A stretch of DNA of 64,000 nucleotides. It comes from Eledone cirrhosa. Lineage: Eukaryota. The stretch lies in assembly GCA_964016885.1 (NCBI GenBank), contig OZ024743.1, positions 93,434,001 to 93,498,000 of the forward strand. The letters are read 5' to 3'. This document shows, piece after piece, positions 38,916-52,550 of this stretch. A model generated the notes under the pieces. The model saw only the letters and a list, made by a program, of their open reading frames with translations, was not told where the DNA came from and searched no databases. The stretch's first letter is position 1; the number at the start of each line of letters is the position of its first letter. A program made the position numbers and the translations under genes.

Positions 38916-40171
38916 TGAATTTCTTTTGACATTCTACTTTGTGTCAAATTCTCTCATTTCCATCTTGTTTACACTGAAGTATTTATTTACATTTTAACCC
39001 ATGCTAGCGTGGAAGATGGACGTTAAACGAAGGTGATGATGTATATTTGTTTAAATAATTCACTTGCTTCAGTTCATCTACCTTTTAAGAGATGTTAGAT
39101 CAGGATTACCTGACATAGTCAGTGTCCTGATCAGGGTGGATATATCTTTCTTATAAACTTAACATGAAAGTGAAGTTAAAAAGTTATCCATTAGGCCTTT
39201 ATATGATGTAGGCCATTGCAGGATTCCAGCTGAGCACTTCAGTAGATTTGTAGTGCTTTGTAATTACAACAGAGCAGACATATCTTCCTTTTATCACACA
39301 CTATAGTTCTTTATTTAAAAAAAAAAGACATGTTTAGTGATGTGATAGTAGATACATTGAAGAAAAAGGACAAAATGGTCACAGTGTACCTTTCATCTTG
39401 TGGTAATTTAATCAGGATTAATTTGGGTTGAAACCATATACATACAGCTGGGTGGTCATATCAACTCCAGTACTTATTTCAGTCTAGTACTTCATCATCA
39501 TCAGTACTTATTCTATTGATCTATATTTGTTAAATTGACATAATGGACTGCATACTACAAGCTTTCTCATAGTTTCTAAAATCTAAATTCCCTCCACAAA
39601 GTATTGATCAACCTAAAGTTGTACAAAATGTTTCACAGTGGGATTGAACCAGAAAACATGTTCTTGTGAAGCAAACTTATTAATATAGCTAAACCTGCAT
39701 GTTATGATTTTCAGTTTCGGAAGAAGCTGAGAGTAAAAAGCTAGAATATTTAGTGTCATGTCTTTTAGATCGTCAACATTTTACATCCCATGCTGGCATT
39801 TTGTCATGGTGATAATACTAGTGAGTGTGCCTTAAATCTTGTGGGATTAAGTGGGTATTGACTATCCGAGGTTGTCTCTGCTTGTTCTGAATACATAACC
39901 AGGAGAATGAATAGGAGAGAGAACATGATAGAAGTACTAGGGTGAGTAGCTGAAGGGGTAAAAAAGCATGGTGGGAGATATAGAAGGAATCAATGAAAGG
40001 ATGGCAAAAGGGGTGTAATGGAAAAGAGTGTCTTGGGGAGGGGGTGGATAGAAGAATGAGGGTATGATGGAAGAGAGTACTAGAGAGGGTAAAGGTAGGT
40101 ATTTTTTTTTTTTTGATTGGTGAGGGATGTCAAAATGATGTTAGAGACTAATGGTAGAATGTATGGAAGTA

Positions 40172-40327
40172 GCCATGCTTTGACGCATAGAGTTACGCCC
40201 CTTGCCATTCTGAGTTCAAATCCCGCCGAGATTAACTTTGCTTTTCATCCTTACGGGGTCAATAAAATAAAGTACCAGTAATGTACTGGGTAATTGCTGG
40301 CCTTGTGCCAATAGTAGAAACAATTAT
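40172..40327 (+). mobile_element. SINE family A, 5'-truncated
   Basis: Matches 12482-12636. Other truncated copies at 31850-31953, 55533-55633, 56231-56330 and 60167-60287. Confidence 0.82.
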
Positions 40328-42622
40328 ATATAACCATGCTGATAGAAGAGGCAAATGATCTGATGTGGTTAATGGCAGGAGAGAAAAGGAGTTAATGTAA
40401 ACAGGATTAAAGGAAGCTTTTGTTACATAGGTTGCAATGTGTGGTGAATATGAGAGGGGGGGGGGGGTGAACAGATCCAATGTCATCTCCAGTTATATGG
40501 CGGTGGCAGAGTGGAGACAATATTACTCCTATTTTTAACATTCCTATTGCAGTGCTTAAAGATTTAAATCTTGCATAATTCTATTTCTCACATCCCTTTT
40601 TTATTTTATTTATTTAACATCATATGACTAAGATAAATAATGCAGAACTTGTAATGGCTATTTTATAGTTTGCAGTATCCATTGCTGACAACCTTGTTGA
40701 CATACATTTCTCAAGGACAAAGGTGACATATGCTGAAATAGTTCAAACAAATAATTGAGATGTACACACACATGCACACATTAAATTGATTAAATCACCT
40801 TTATATACTTGAAGTGTCAGACCTATTTTAGACACCTAAAAATACCTCTTATTCCTGGCTGAATATGTACTTTTGTGTGTTATTCTTGGCAGTTCTCTAA
40901 TTCATTATCAAACATCTTAATGTACTAATCAATTTGTAAACAGTTGAACATGAAAATGCTAAAGTCAATACAGGTGAAATAACCCAAGTGAATAATGTAT
41001 TGGGTGTCCACTTCATGTACTATGAATTCAGATCTATTGCAGATGATATTATTCATGACTAGAACACCTTAATTATATTTGTCAGGTTATCATAGTCTCA
41101 CCTATTAATGCAATGTGTCTTCCAGGGAATTTAATCTGCAGATTTGTGTAAAATATTACAATAGCTATTTTACATCTGGTTCTGCATTCTAGCACCAACT
41201 ACTCTACTGTAATATCGAAGTCTAAAGTCTTCTCGAACCCAGAGGCTCATCAGGCCGGTGCTTATCCTTGTTTCCCTAGTATTCAGTGACTAAGAGTAAA
41301 GACCCCTCTCTTGGACAGGGTTAAACACCCTGCTGTTGTTGGTACACATTTTCAGCTGAATATACTGGAGCAACGTCAAATGAAATGTTTTGTTCAAGAT
41401 CTTATGATAATTTTAAACAAAAAGTTGATGCTCTTCTTTCAGTGTTTAAGCCTTTTACTAATGGGAAGGGCATCCAGCCGTAGAAACCAAGTCAAAATCA
41501 ATTCTGTATGAGCAAGACATGATCATCCGACCTGGCTTGTCTCACAGCAGGACCACTCGTCTAACTCCTGCTAGCATAACAAATGGATGTTAAACAGTGG
41601 TAATGATGATGATGATGATATTAAATTAAATATGAGTGCTTTTGACTGGATTGGTGTCAGTAAAGCAAAACAGGGATCCAATCCAGCACAGCTGATTATT
41701 TGATAAACAACAGTGTATAGAGAGGCAAAATAGGAATTTATTAATTCTTAGGGCATGTGAAATTTATCAATCCTCAAATATTTCTTCATAACCAGTAATA
41801 TGATAGATGAAGAATGTAATATTTAGCAAACATTTAGGGAATTTTTCTCACCAGCTGATGGCAGCTCTAGGAAGAAAGGATGAAGCAAAATGTTTAGTGT
41901 AGAATCTGGGAGATGACTCTGTTGAACTGGTGGGAAGAGGAGAGATAGGTATGTCTAGTGAATATATGAGAGGAATATGCAGCTAGTCTAGAGGAGCCAA
42001 TATATCCTTGTACTAATAAGTAACTTTCAATGATATGATATTTAGCAGACATCAGAGGTTATGTAATAATGGAATCAGAAACCTAAGAGTTTGACTTTGA
42101 GCAAAACATTTAAAAACACAGTGCTCCACTTAACAAGAGATAACAATAGATGCAGTGGTGGTGGAATACAATACTAACTAGAAATTGATATGTATAGTTA
42201 GATGTTTTGTAGTACCAGAAGGAAATTCTCTTATACATATATATTTTAACAGCTATCAAATAACTATTTACTTTTCATCATTTCATGTAATTAGTAATCA
42301 AGTACTGTTTGGTTTTTCAATCACACCAGATGTTCACCAGGTTGTCAGGTGATGGTTAGCGTCAACAGCTGGTATGACATATTAAAAGGGCTTTATTAAC
42401 TTAGTCTTATGATACTGAAAGGTCTGCGAGAACACCATCACCACCACCATCATCGTCATATGCTGATGAAAGGAAATATTCCATATGCGCACATGCGCAC
42501 ACACACGCACGCACACACACACACACAAGTGAGTTGATAATACAACAATATATATTCAAAGAAAATTTAAAGCTCAATGATATTATGGTCCCAAACAAGG
42601 TAGGTAATAAACAGCTTAGAGT

Positions 42623-42829
42623 TTAACCCTTTAGCATTTACATTACTCTATATGTACTATTGTATTTTCACGTTAAAGTCTTCATAATTTCTAATCTATG
42701 AGATTTTGATATTATTTATATTGAGAACAATACCTTAACAACACTGACTGGTTGGTTACAGCCAGTTGGAACAGAAAGAGGTGAGAGAATTCTGGCCGGA
42801 TATGGCCAGTTTAAATGCCAAAGGGTTAA
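42623..42829 (+). mobile_element. MITE P1
   Basis: TTAACCCTTTAGCATT...AATGCCAAAGGGTTAA. Confidence 0.82.
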
Positions 42830-42876
42830 TCTAAGGTAACTTTCCAATCATGTTAGTGTTATAATCTCACAGAGCA

Positions 42877-43208
42877 TACTCTCAGGTCTCGAATAATCAT
42901 CCCCCTACCCCCACTCATTAGTTTTTGAGACCCCCTCCCATTCCCTGCTTATTAAATTTTGTTAATATAACTTCGGTGAAATTTTATTTTAAGCGGTAGC
43001 ATTTCTGCAACGATCAATTTTCTTTAGACATTAAAATACATTGCTAGAAATCCCATGTTATAGAATAAATAGGATGGGTTGGAGGTCTCAATATATAAAT
43101 TAAACATCTAATTCTGGCTTTTTAAAAAAAATCAATTGAGACAACCTAGAAAAATTACCAATTTTCCAACCCCTCTGCTTATTCCATATCCCTATTATTT
43201 GGGACCCT
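42877..43208 (-). mobile_element. MITE T1
   Basis: TACTCTCAGGTCTC start, family body on minus. Confidence 0.75.
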
Positions 43209-44231
43209 AATTCTAAACCGTGTAAGGAATTTTATTTGATTGATTCTGAGGAGTTATTCTAACATGACTGGAATATTCTAGTTAGTCTAATGAAACGGTC
43301 ATAAATCTATTAAATGCTATAAATATAATCCTTGTTAATCTTTTGTTTTATAAGTAATATATATATGGGCTGAATGCATTTTATTGCAGTACAACTACTA
43401 CCACTTTACCAGGAGAGCTGGATACATTTCATTGTGGCTACAGCACTAGGGAGGTTGTCGCATTCTTTCCTTTATAGGAAGAGAAGGGATCCTTGTTTTA
43501 AGGCAGTGGTGTTTAGAGAGTTAATGCTGAACTAAAGAAGGTGTCAAGTATGAAGGCATTATTGCATAACAATAGGTGGTAGAATAAGGACCGATGACAG
43601 CTATGAGGTCATGTGTTTGGCAGGGTGAAGTGAGTGAAAGAGTTCTTATTTAAATTTAGGTTGAGACCCCCAGAACACTTTGATATCCCCAAATCTTTAT
43701 TCATAATAACCTCAATTTAAAGTTGTGTGGAATGTTTTTGAGGTGTTGGTCTTCTGTCAATGTCCTGATATAGTCTGTTTGAGAGTGTATATTTCTTTTT
43801 ACTTTTGCACAATACTCTTGCCAATTGCTTCTTCTTCTGCATAATCTTCCTGGTATTATAATCTTAATGCTGCACAATATGTATTTGATTAGTCTTATTT
43901 ATTGTTATACTCTCAATGAAACCTAATTATGCTAAGATCTAATCTTTTTATTCTGTATGTGAAATTTTTATCTTGGTCTACACTTGTCACATTTGGTATT
44001 TCTGAATATCTGCATTGACTATACTTTCCAGTCATACAGGCTATACACTGCATATATGGACTGTTTGCAGTTATGTGTATGCTGCTTCATGTATATGTGA
44101 CATAAAATCGAGATGGGGTTTGTAAATGAAGTATCTTATTAACATCTAATTGTGATATTGGTTAAAACTTGGCTGCACATATTGTTCTTTAACAACACAC
44201 ACGCACGCACGCACGCTCGCTTTCTCTCTTT

Positions 44232-44735
44232 TCATCATCATCATCATCATCATCATCACTGTTTAAGGTCCATTTTTCCATGCTAGCATGGGCTAGATGA
44301 GTTGTCCTGTTGTAAGACGAGCCAGGTCAGATGACCACATCTTGCTCATACAGAACTGATTCTGGCTTTGTTTCTACAGCTAGATGTTCTTCCTAATGCC
44401 AACCACATTTATAGTGTGGACTAGGTGCTTTTTGTTGTATCACTTACAAGACCACTTTACAGTGTGGTCTGGGCACTTTTTGTCATGACACTTACTTACA
44501 TGACCACTTTACAGTGTGGGCTGGGTGTTTTTTGTTGTCACCTACACAACCACTTTCCAGTGTGGACTGGGCATTGTGACACTTACATGACCACTTTACA
44601 GTGTGGGCTGGATGCTTTTTGTCACCTACAAGACCTCTTTATAGTGTGAACTGGGCGTTTTTCGTCATGTCAATCACTTTACAATGTGTGCTGGGTGCTT
44701 TTTGTTGTGACACCTACTCAACACTTTACAGTGAC
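44232..44735 (-). repeat. RTE/SINE 3' tail with expanded ~45-bp minisatellite
   Basis: (TCA)n tail plus about 7-8 units of ACCACTTTACAGTGTGGGCTGGGTGCTTTTTGT..; similar arrays at 9925-10140, 16668-16810, 34600-34730 and 49020-49230. Confidence 0.75.
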
Positions 44736-44909
44736 GCATATGGATATACACATGTAATAAACTCTGATAATAGCTTCGTGTGTTTGTATATTCAGTGGGG
44801 AGAGTAAACATTAAATGCCGATAATGATTTCTGTCTACAACTCTTTAAAATTTACACACACATACTCACACATTAGTGATCCCCTAATGTGTGAGTATGT
44901 GTGTGTAAA

Positions 44910-45486
44910 TTGGTTGAGGGCTTCCTGTATTTGGGAGCAAAGATTGGGAATACGGAAGATGATATGGTTAAGAGGAAGAGCAAAGCCTGGGCGGTGTGCC
45001 ACAGCTTGAGATCGGTGTGGAAGTCAGACCTTCGTAAAGACCTGAAAATCCGCCTCTTCATTGTTGTAGTGGAGTCTGTGCTGCTGTACGGGTCTGAGAC
45101 TTGGACACTGACCAAGAAACTCACTCAGATGGTGGATGGGTGCTACACGAGAATGCTGAGGATGGCTCTGAACATTAATCAGTATACACTGAGGATGAAA
45201 AACTCAGAGCTGTATGGAAGCATCCTAAAAGTCAGCTCAAAAATGACAGAGGAGACTGAGGTTAGCTGGGCATGCTCACCGACATCCAGAGTTGACATTG
45301 CACTCAGTGCTCCTGTGGGAGCCCCTACATGGACACACTAGAAGAGGAAGACCAAGGTTAACGTATGTTGATGCCGAAGGACAGACACTGGTCTGTTGGA
45401 GACGCAGGACATGGCAGCGATAATGAGGGACAGAAACCGCTGGAGAGAACTCGTCCATGGATCTCGGGAATTTTACCCGCCTTAGA
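44910..45486 (+). mobile_element. RTE-clade LINE family A, 5'-truncated copy
   Basis: Near-identical to 71-649, with small frameshifting deletions; ends in (TAGA)n. Confidence 0.88.
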
Positions 45487-45650
45487 TAGATAGATAGATA
45501 CTCACACATAAATAGAAGCATTCCACAGATTCACACTTATTAAACACACACACACACATCTATGATGTTATAGTGAATGTGGTAGAGGATAATGAAACAA
45601 TGGAAACAAGAGAGGAAACAATGTTCTTAGTTATGTGAGTGAATGTGTAT

Positions 45651-48600
45651 ATCATCATCATTGTTTAACATCTATCTTCCACGCTAGCATGGGTTAGACA
45701 GGAGTTGTCACAATTTGAGGCAAGGTTGGTTGAGTGACCGTGTCTCGCTCATATAGGACTATCTGGCAGGTTTTCTACGGCTGGATGCCCTTCCTAACAC
45801 CAACCACATTTACAGTGTGGACTGGGAACTTGTTACCGTGTTACCTACATGGCCACATTACAGTGTGGACTGTGTGTTTTTTTGTCGTGATACCTACATG
45901 ATCTCGATCTCATTATCTCATTTATTTGGACTGGATGTTGTGGTACCAACTTTACAGAGAGAGGGTGGTGTTGGTGGGAGTAGGGGTAGTGCATTGGGGT
46001 GTATATTTGGTTAAGAGGTGCCTACTGACTAGGTTTCGCTTTGTACATAGGCAATGCGCGTCTTCTGTATTACTGTGTGTCGCCAAAGATCTCAGTCCAG
46101 TGACATTGTCTTAGAGAGGTGCAAGTGTGTAAGGTCGGAATTTATCAAATCGTCCCAGGTTTTTCTGGGTCTGCCTACTCCGTAACTTCCATCAATTTTG
46201 ATAGCCCTGCACTTTTTTATACAGCTGTCGTCTTTCATGCGCATCATGTGACCATACAAACTAAGTCTTCTCTCAAGTAAACAGCATCTGATCCCTCTTA
46301 CTCCTAATTTCTCACTTAGTTCGTTTGTTTTGCCATTCACATATATTACTATTACACATCTAACAGAGCATGCATGCTTTGTTCCTTTCCAGTCTGCACA
46401 GGTCCTCTGCAAATAATGCCCAAGTCTCACTGCCATGAAGCATTGCTGTTCGTATACAGGCATCATACAATCTGCCTTTCATTTTTAGAGAGAAACCTTT
46501 TGTGGCCAACAGCGGTATAAGCTCTCTGAACTTTTTCCATCCCATTCTGACTCTGGCTACTGTACTTTCAAAGCACCCTCCACCACTGCTGATTTTGTCA
46601 CCCAGGTAACGGAAAGTGTCCACTATTTCTATAGAACCATCTGGGCAATAAAAGGAGCTAGTATTCTGTGGGCACTTGCTACTTATTGCACCTGAGCATC
46701 GGCCACATATAAAATCTATGTTCTTAGATACTTTACCTATGATCCCACTACATCTTTTATGTACCCATAGTTTGCATTTGGGACATAAAATAGAATTTGT
46801 ACCTACTCCTTTCCTACACACTGAGCATGGCCATTCCCCAGAGGGGACCTGAGCCCTATTTTCCTTTCTACATACTAGAATTTAATCTTAGACAAGTTAA
46901 CTTTAAGGCCTTTGTATTCTAGGCCATGCTTCCATGTTTGGAATTTCTTCTCTAGTTCAGCCATAGATTTAGCTATGAGAGTTAGATCATCTGCGTATAG
47001 GAGTTCCCATGGGGAGCCAGTCTTAAACTCCTCTGTTATAGCCCGAAGGGCAATAATAAATAGGAAGGGGCTAAGGACAGAGCCTTGATGAACACCAACA
47101 TTTACACTAAATTCTTCACTATATTCATTGTTAATTCTAACCTTATTGACTGTTTCTTTATACATAGCTCTTGCAAGCATTCATCTACACCTAGTTTTCT
47201 CAGAGCCCACCAGATAATGGAGCGGGGGACTCTGTCAAAGGCTTTCTCCAGGTCTACAAAAGCTAAGTAGAGAGATTTACTTTTAGCTAGGTACTTCTCC
47301 TGTAGTTGTCGTACAAGGAAAAGAGCGTCTGTGGTACTTTTGCCTGACATAAACCCAAACTGCATTTCATCTAGATCAATTTGCTCTCTGATTAGTTGCG
47401 CTATAACTCTTTCTGTGACCTTCATGACCTGGTCAACTAACTTAATGCCTCTATAGTTTCCCCTATCTAGAGCATCCCCTTTACCCTTGTAGCAGTTAAT
47501 GATGATGCTGCTATGCCAGTCTTTTGGTATGACCCCATTCTGTATTACTAGGTTTACTATCCGGGTGACCATAGTATGTCCCACTATTCCAGATGCTTTT
47601 GACATCTCAGCAACTATCTCCGAAGGCCCAGCTGCCTTGCCTGTCTTCATATCTTTGATTGCCTTACTTATTATACTACCTTTAACTTGCACCGCTGGTC
47701 CTTCTATTGGATTGTTTTGGGGCAGACTATCTTTTTCCCATTTATTCTCATTTAGTAGTCTCTCGTAGTGACACTTCCAAGCTACCTTCTTATCAGTATC
47801 TGTGAGGGCAAGTACACCATCATCATTACGGACACACTTCTCCCCGACAATATCACGGTTTTCCTTGATACATTGTCTAGCAATCCTGAACACCTCATGT
47901 TTTTGGTCCTCACATTGTAGAACATGCTTGAACTTTCTATCTTCTGCTTCCCTTTTTGAAAAGTACACTTGTCTCCTAGCTTCTCTCCTGGCCACTTGAT
48001 AGTGTTCTCTACTTCCCCAAGCCTGCTTTTTGGCCTTGATTGTCTCCTCCACCTTACTGTTCCACCACCAAGTTACTCTCCTCCTGCCAATAGGTCTGCT
48101 CCAGCCACAGATTTCATCTGTCGCTTTCAGCAGGTTCATTTTCAAGAATTCCCACTGTTCCTCTATATTGTACATCTCTAATTGCTCTTCCTTACTATCA
48201 AAAGCATCAAGTAATAAGCTTTTAAATTTGTCACTGGCTGTGGGGTCCTTCAACTTCCATATTCTTCTCCTCAAGGTAGTCCTCCTCTGTCGTCGAGTAC
48301 GTCTATTCCTGACTATGAGGTCACTAACTACTAGGCTATGTTGGGAGATGCATTCTTCACGGGGGAGGGATTTAGTGTTTACAACAGACACTTTGTCACG
48401 TCTTCTAGTAAGGATATAATCTGACTGGCGTGTTCCTCTGATCTATAGGTGATCAAGTGATTTTCTCGTTTTTGAGTTACAGATAGTTAGGTTATTAGCG
48501 TCACAAAATTCCAGGATTCTGGAGCCTTCTTCATTTCTATTACCAAATCCATAGCCTCCCTGGATTTCATCATAACCATCACTGTTGTCCAACGTGACCG

Positions 48601-48745
48601 TTTAGATCGCCAGCAATAATTAAGTAGTCACTGTCGGTTATTTGGGAGGTAGTGTGCATTAGTGACTCGTAGAACCTGACCTTTATAACGTCAGGTAGAC
48701 CAGATTGGGGTGCATAAGCGGATATTATTGTCACAGTAGTTCTAG
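45651..48745 (-). mobile_element. RTE family B LINE, longest copy (partial APE endonuclease + RT), decayed
   Basis: SAYAPQ and AGDLNGHVG APE motifs at ~48590-48730; ORFs 47102-48391, 46875-47180 (YADD) and 46360-46821; frameshifted; (TGA)n tail at ~45651. Confidence 0.93.
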
Positions 48746-48831
48746 TTGTTTGTTTATATTAATATACACATGCATACTCATATATCATCATCATCATCAT
48801 CATCACTTAACAACTGTCAAATGATGATAAT

Positions 48832-48889
<58 letters not shown>

Positions 48890-49639
48890 CATCATCACCA
48901 TTTTATGCTTGCATGAGTGAGAATGCTGTCATGTGCTGATACCAGACTAGTTAGGTGACTAGGTTCTGCTCATGTTTTGTTTTGGCTTGGTTTCTACAGC
49001 TGTATGCCTTTCGTAATGTCAACTACTTTACAGTGTGTACTGGGAGCATGGTTTTTATGGCTGGTGCCCTTCTTAACAAAATCATTTTACAGCGTGTTTC
49101 TACAGATAGATGCCCTTCCTAAACACTTATAGAGTTTACTGGGAGCATTTTATTGTGACTCCAACACTACCATGTTACAGGGTGCTTTTGTAGTGGCACC
49201 AGCACTATTTCATTACAGCATAAGGGTGCTCAGTATACACAGTTGTGCTGGGGAGGGAAGGCTGTGTGTGTGTACACACACATATACTAGCAGTAGTGCC
49301 CGATATTGCCCAGGGAAAGAGATGACTCAGTCAATGGATAATTTCATGGAAAATAATAATTGCAACTCTATATAACTATATTATTTGAAATACCTTTATA
49401 TTCATTGTGTGTGTGTGTATGTGTGTTCTTTTCTCCCATAACGTAAATTGTTCAGCATATAGGGATTGAAATAGGTACTGGATCAAGATGATTGCCAAAA
49501 CTCTTTCAGACGTTCCTCCTATATGACCACAGACCTGTCAAATGACTGAAACCAAATCAATGAAAAATATGATTCATTTTTATTGTTATTGTCCATTTGC
49601 TTTGTTAATTGTATGTGTATGGAACTAAAACATTACTGC

Positions 49640-50165
49640 ACTTCATCATCCTTGAACATTGAACAGCACACAATTAGAAGACCCCCATGTGGTCACTCAA
49701 AATGCTAGGTTTTTATTCTTATATGGTAAATACACATCCTAAACAGAGCTAGAACTGCATCTGACAGACTGGCACCTGCTCTTCAGAGCCAGATAACTTC
49801 TGACTTTCTACAAAGTTTAGATAAAACATGTAATGGAGTAGTGCTCCCACATCCTAGACTACATCCAGAAATAGGCCACTTGTCTAATTGGCCTAAAATA
49901 ACTGACAAACACACTCCAACTACTACTGCTATAGAATATGCTCTTCAGATCTGGCTGATCTCATGCCACCTTCACTCAAGCACTCCTGCCTCCCTCATCA
50001 CCACCCATATTGTGTCCAATTCCTCAGGCCTGGCATTAACCATTTTGTATGATCCTTTCTTTCTAGAACATCATCCCTCTAGAATTCTTTCCCTACATAT
50101 CTTTCATGCAGGAGTTGACTTGCCTCAATTTAAACCGAACATCAACAGCTTCAATCTCATCGGGC
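49640..50165 (+). mobile_element. Degenerate CR1/Jockey-group LINE 3' fragment
   Basis: SFFSRTSSL.NS..P..DLPQFKPNINS-like terminal motif at ~50050-50150. Confidence 0.45.
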
Positions 50166-50933
50166 AAAGGTCATGGACACAGACCCTTCCTTCAGATCGA
50201 GAAAATAGTAATAAATAAAACATGTAATACCACCAACACATAATAAACTACACACCTCCACACCACCTCTACAATGCTACCAGCCACCACTGCACCAACA
50301 CATCAACACATAATTCACTATCACTCCCACACCACTGCATGGCCACCATAACCACACACCATCACTACCACACACCACCACTACCACAACATTGACAGCA
50401 TCACTCTCATCAGTCATATATATTGTCATTTTGTTGTTTAATGAAATAACTTTTGATGTACAATGAATTATTTAAATGTCAACTAAAATAAATGTTCTAA
50501 AGTATTGATAGAGCGGGATGGGGACAAAAAAGGTAAAGGTAAATACTTAGCTGCAGAAAGAGAGAGAGAGCATTCATTATAAGAACATATATGGATTAGA
50601 ATAAAATGTCTGTATTTCCATGGTGACAGGTTTATGCGAGAATCAATGTATTACTGTTCTCGCTGCTTGACTCTGCGCCATAATCTTAGTAAGGATTAAC
50701 ATTCTCAATCCTTTCATTATTATATTTCTAATGAAAGTCACTGCTTACGATTTTAAAAATAATCAAGAATTTGAAGGGATTTAGTAATATAACTAATTTT
50801 CTCATTACATTAAGCTTGTGTTTGAAGTATAACTCAACAAAGTTGGGTTTTTCAATAAATTATATACAATTTAAAACAGTTTTGTATTGTATTGTATTGC
50901 AAGAAAGTTTCAGATGGTTTGGTACCAAAAGAG

Positions 50934-51160
50934 TTAACCCATTATCATTTACATTACCCTATATATACTATTGTATTTACTATTATATTTTCACGGTAAA
51001 GGCTTTACTTCACATGATATCGAATCTATGAGATTTTGATATTACCTATTTTGAGAACAATACCTTAATGTCAGTATTAGTGGCCGGTTACAGCTGGTTT
51101 GAACAGAAAGAGGTGAGAGAATTCTGGCTGGATACGGTCGGTTTAAATGCTAAAGGGTTA
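50934..51160 (+). mobile_element. MITE P1
   Basis: TTAACCC...AAAGGGTTAA termini, family body. Confidence 0.8.
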
Positions 51161-51469
51161 AAACAGTTTTGTATTGTATAAGAAGCAAGGAAGTTTCAGA
51201 TGGTTTGGTATCAAAAGGTTTAAACCAGATTTTACTGCTTCTTCTTTGGTCTGTTTCCACCATGTAATGTCTAAAGCTCTGTTGCCATCTTTTTTGCACT
51301 CATTGACTCTTACCTTTAATATTCAGTTATGTTTTCAGATCACCTGTTGTCTCTCTCTTGTGGAAGTTACTATTGCACATTCAGTTGATTGTACTTGGCT
51401 TATTTTCTTCATCTGCAACACTACTTGCCCATTTTTCATACAATCTGTACTTTCGCCCCATATTCTAAC

Positions 51470-51693
51470 TACTTTCAGGTCCCAAATGGTTGGGGTGGGG
51501 GTGGTGAAAATCGGTAATTTTTCTAGGTTGTCTCCGTTGATTTAAAAAAAAAAAACAGAATTAGTGGTTTAGTTTACATATTGAGATTCCAATCCACCCT
51601 ATATATTTTATAATGTATGAGATTTCTAATATGTACTTTTTTTGTTGTGTAATGTATAAAGAAAATGGAGTGGGTATTTGAGACCTGCAAGTA
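51470..51693 (+). mobile_element. MITE T1, internally deleted
   Basis: TACTTTCAGGTCCCAAAT...GAGACCTGCAAGTA. Confidence 0.72.
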
Positions 51694-52360
51694 CTAACAC
51701 TTACTTTCAGACCTTATTACTAGATTTAACAATCAGAGCAATGAATATGTAATTCTTTTCATGGTTCTACTGTTGCAATCTATTTCTGTATATCTAATGT
51801 AAGATTTTGGTTTCCTGCCAGTCTGCCAGGGATCCCACTGAATTTTTTAAGAATGTTCCTTGCTTGTTTGTAATTATGCAGTATTGTATTTCTAACAACT
51901 TGCTTTTTATATATTGAGGAAAATCACACTCCACATGGCACTGGGATTTTGTCCTTTCTGTTACCAACTAACTAACTTGGTGAGGTAGATCACAGCACAT
52001 AGGCAATCAGGTAGAACAAAATGGTGTCAAACCCAATGACTGGTATAGCAGTACCATTGTCAACTGCTAATAAAGCAAAGGACATGTGCACCAAAGAGTA
52101 AATAGACCATGTTAAGAAAAGTTACTGAAAGATTTATAGAACAGCTGAATAAGAACAGAAATAAGATGCAGTTTGGCTTTGTGTCGGGGAGAAGTAGGCT
52201 AACCATAACAGATTTTTGTATGCAGCAGATGCATAGGAACAGTAAGTAAAATAAACTGCCATGAAATATTTTTTCAAATTCCCAGAATGCTTAGAAGTAT
52301 TTGAGGGTTTGTTACCTAAATGACCTATTTAAATCTATATCGCTCTTCCATCACAACAGT

Positions 52361-52550
52361 TACGGGGGTGCTGAAAAGTTCTTGGCTGAAGGGTATCACA
52401 AAAGGGTAGAGCTGTTACCTTTACAGGGGAGGTAGGACTGCTGCAATAAGTGTGAATCTGAGGGGGGAATTAAGTTGAATAAAATCATAATTAACTGATC
52501 CTCCTGTAATTTCTTTCACCCAAAGCCAGGAACTTTTTAACGTCCCGATA
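52361..52550. mobile_element. mariner-like MITE
   Basis: TA-CGGGGGTGCTGAAAAGTTCTTGGCT ... AGCCAGGAACTTTTTAACGTCCCG imperfect TIRs resembling mariner ends. Confidence 0.6.

Noticed and set aside
39468-39508. Minus-strand CTGATGA..GAAA motif
   Set aside because: Arises from a (TCA)n repeat; no NUH cleavage site.
44400-44735. Regularly spaced repeats resembling a CRISPR array
   Set aside because: The whole unit repeats with no unique spacers; it is a retroelement-tail minisatellite in eukaryotic DNA with no cas genes.
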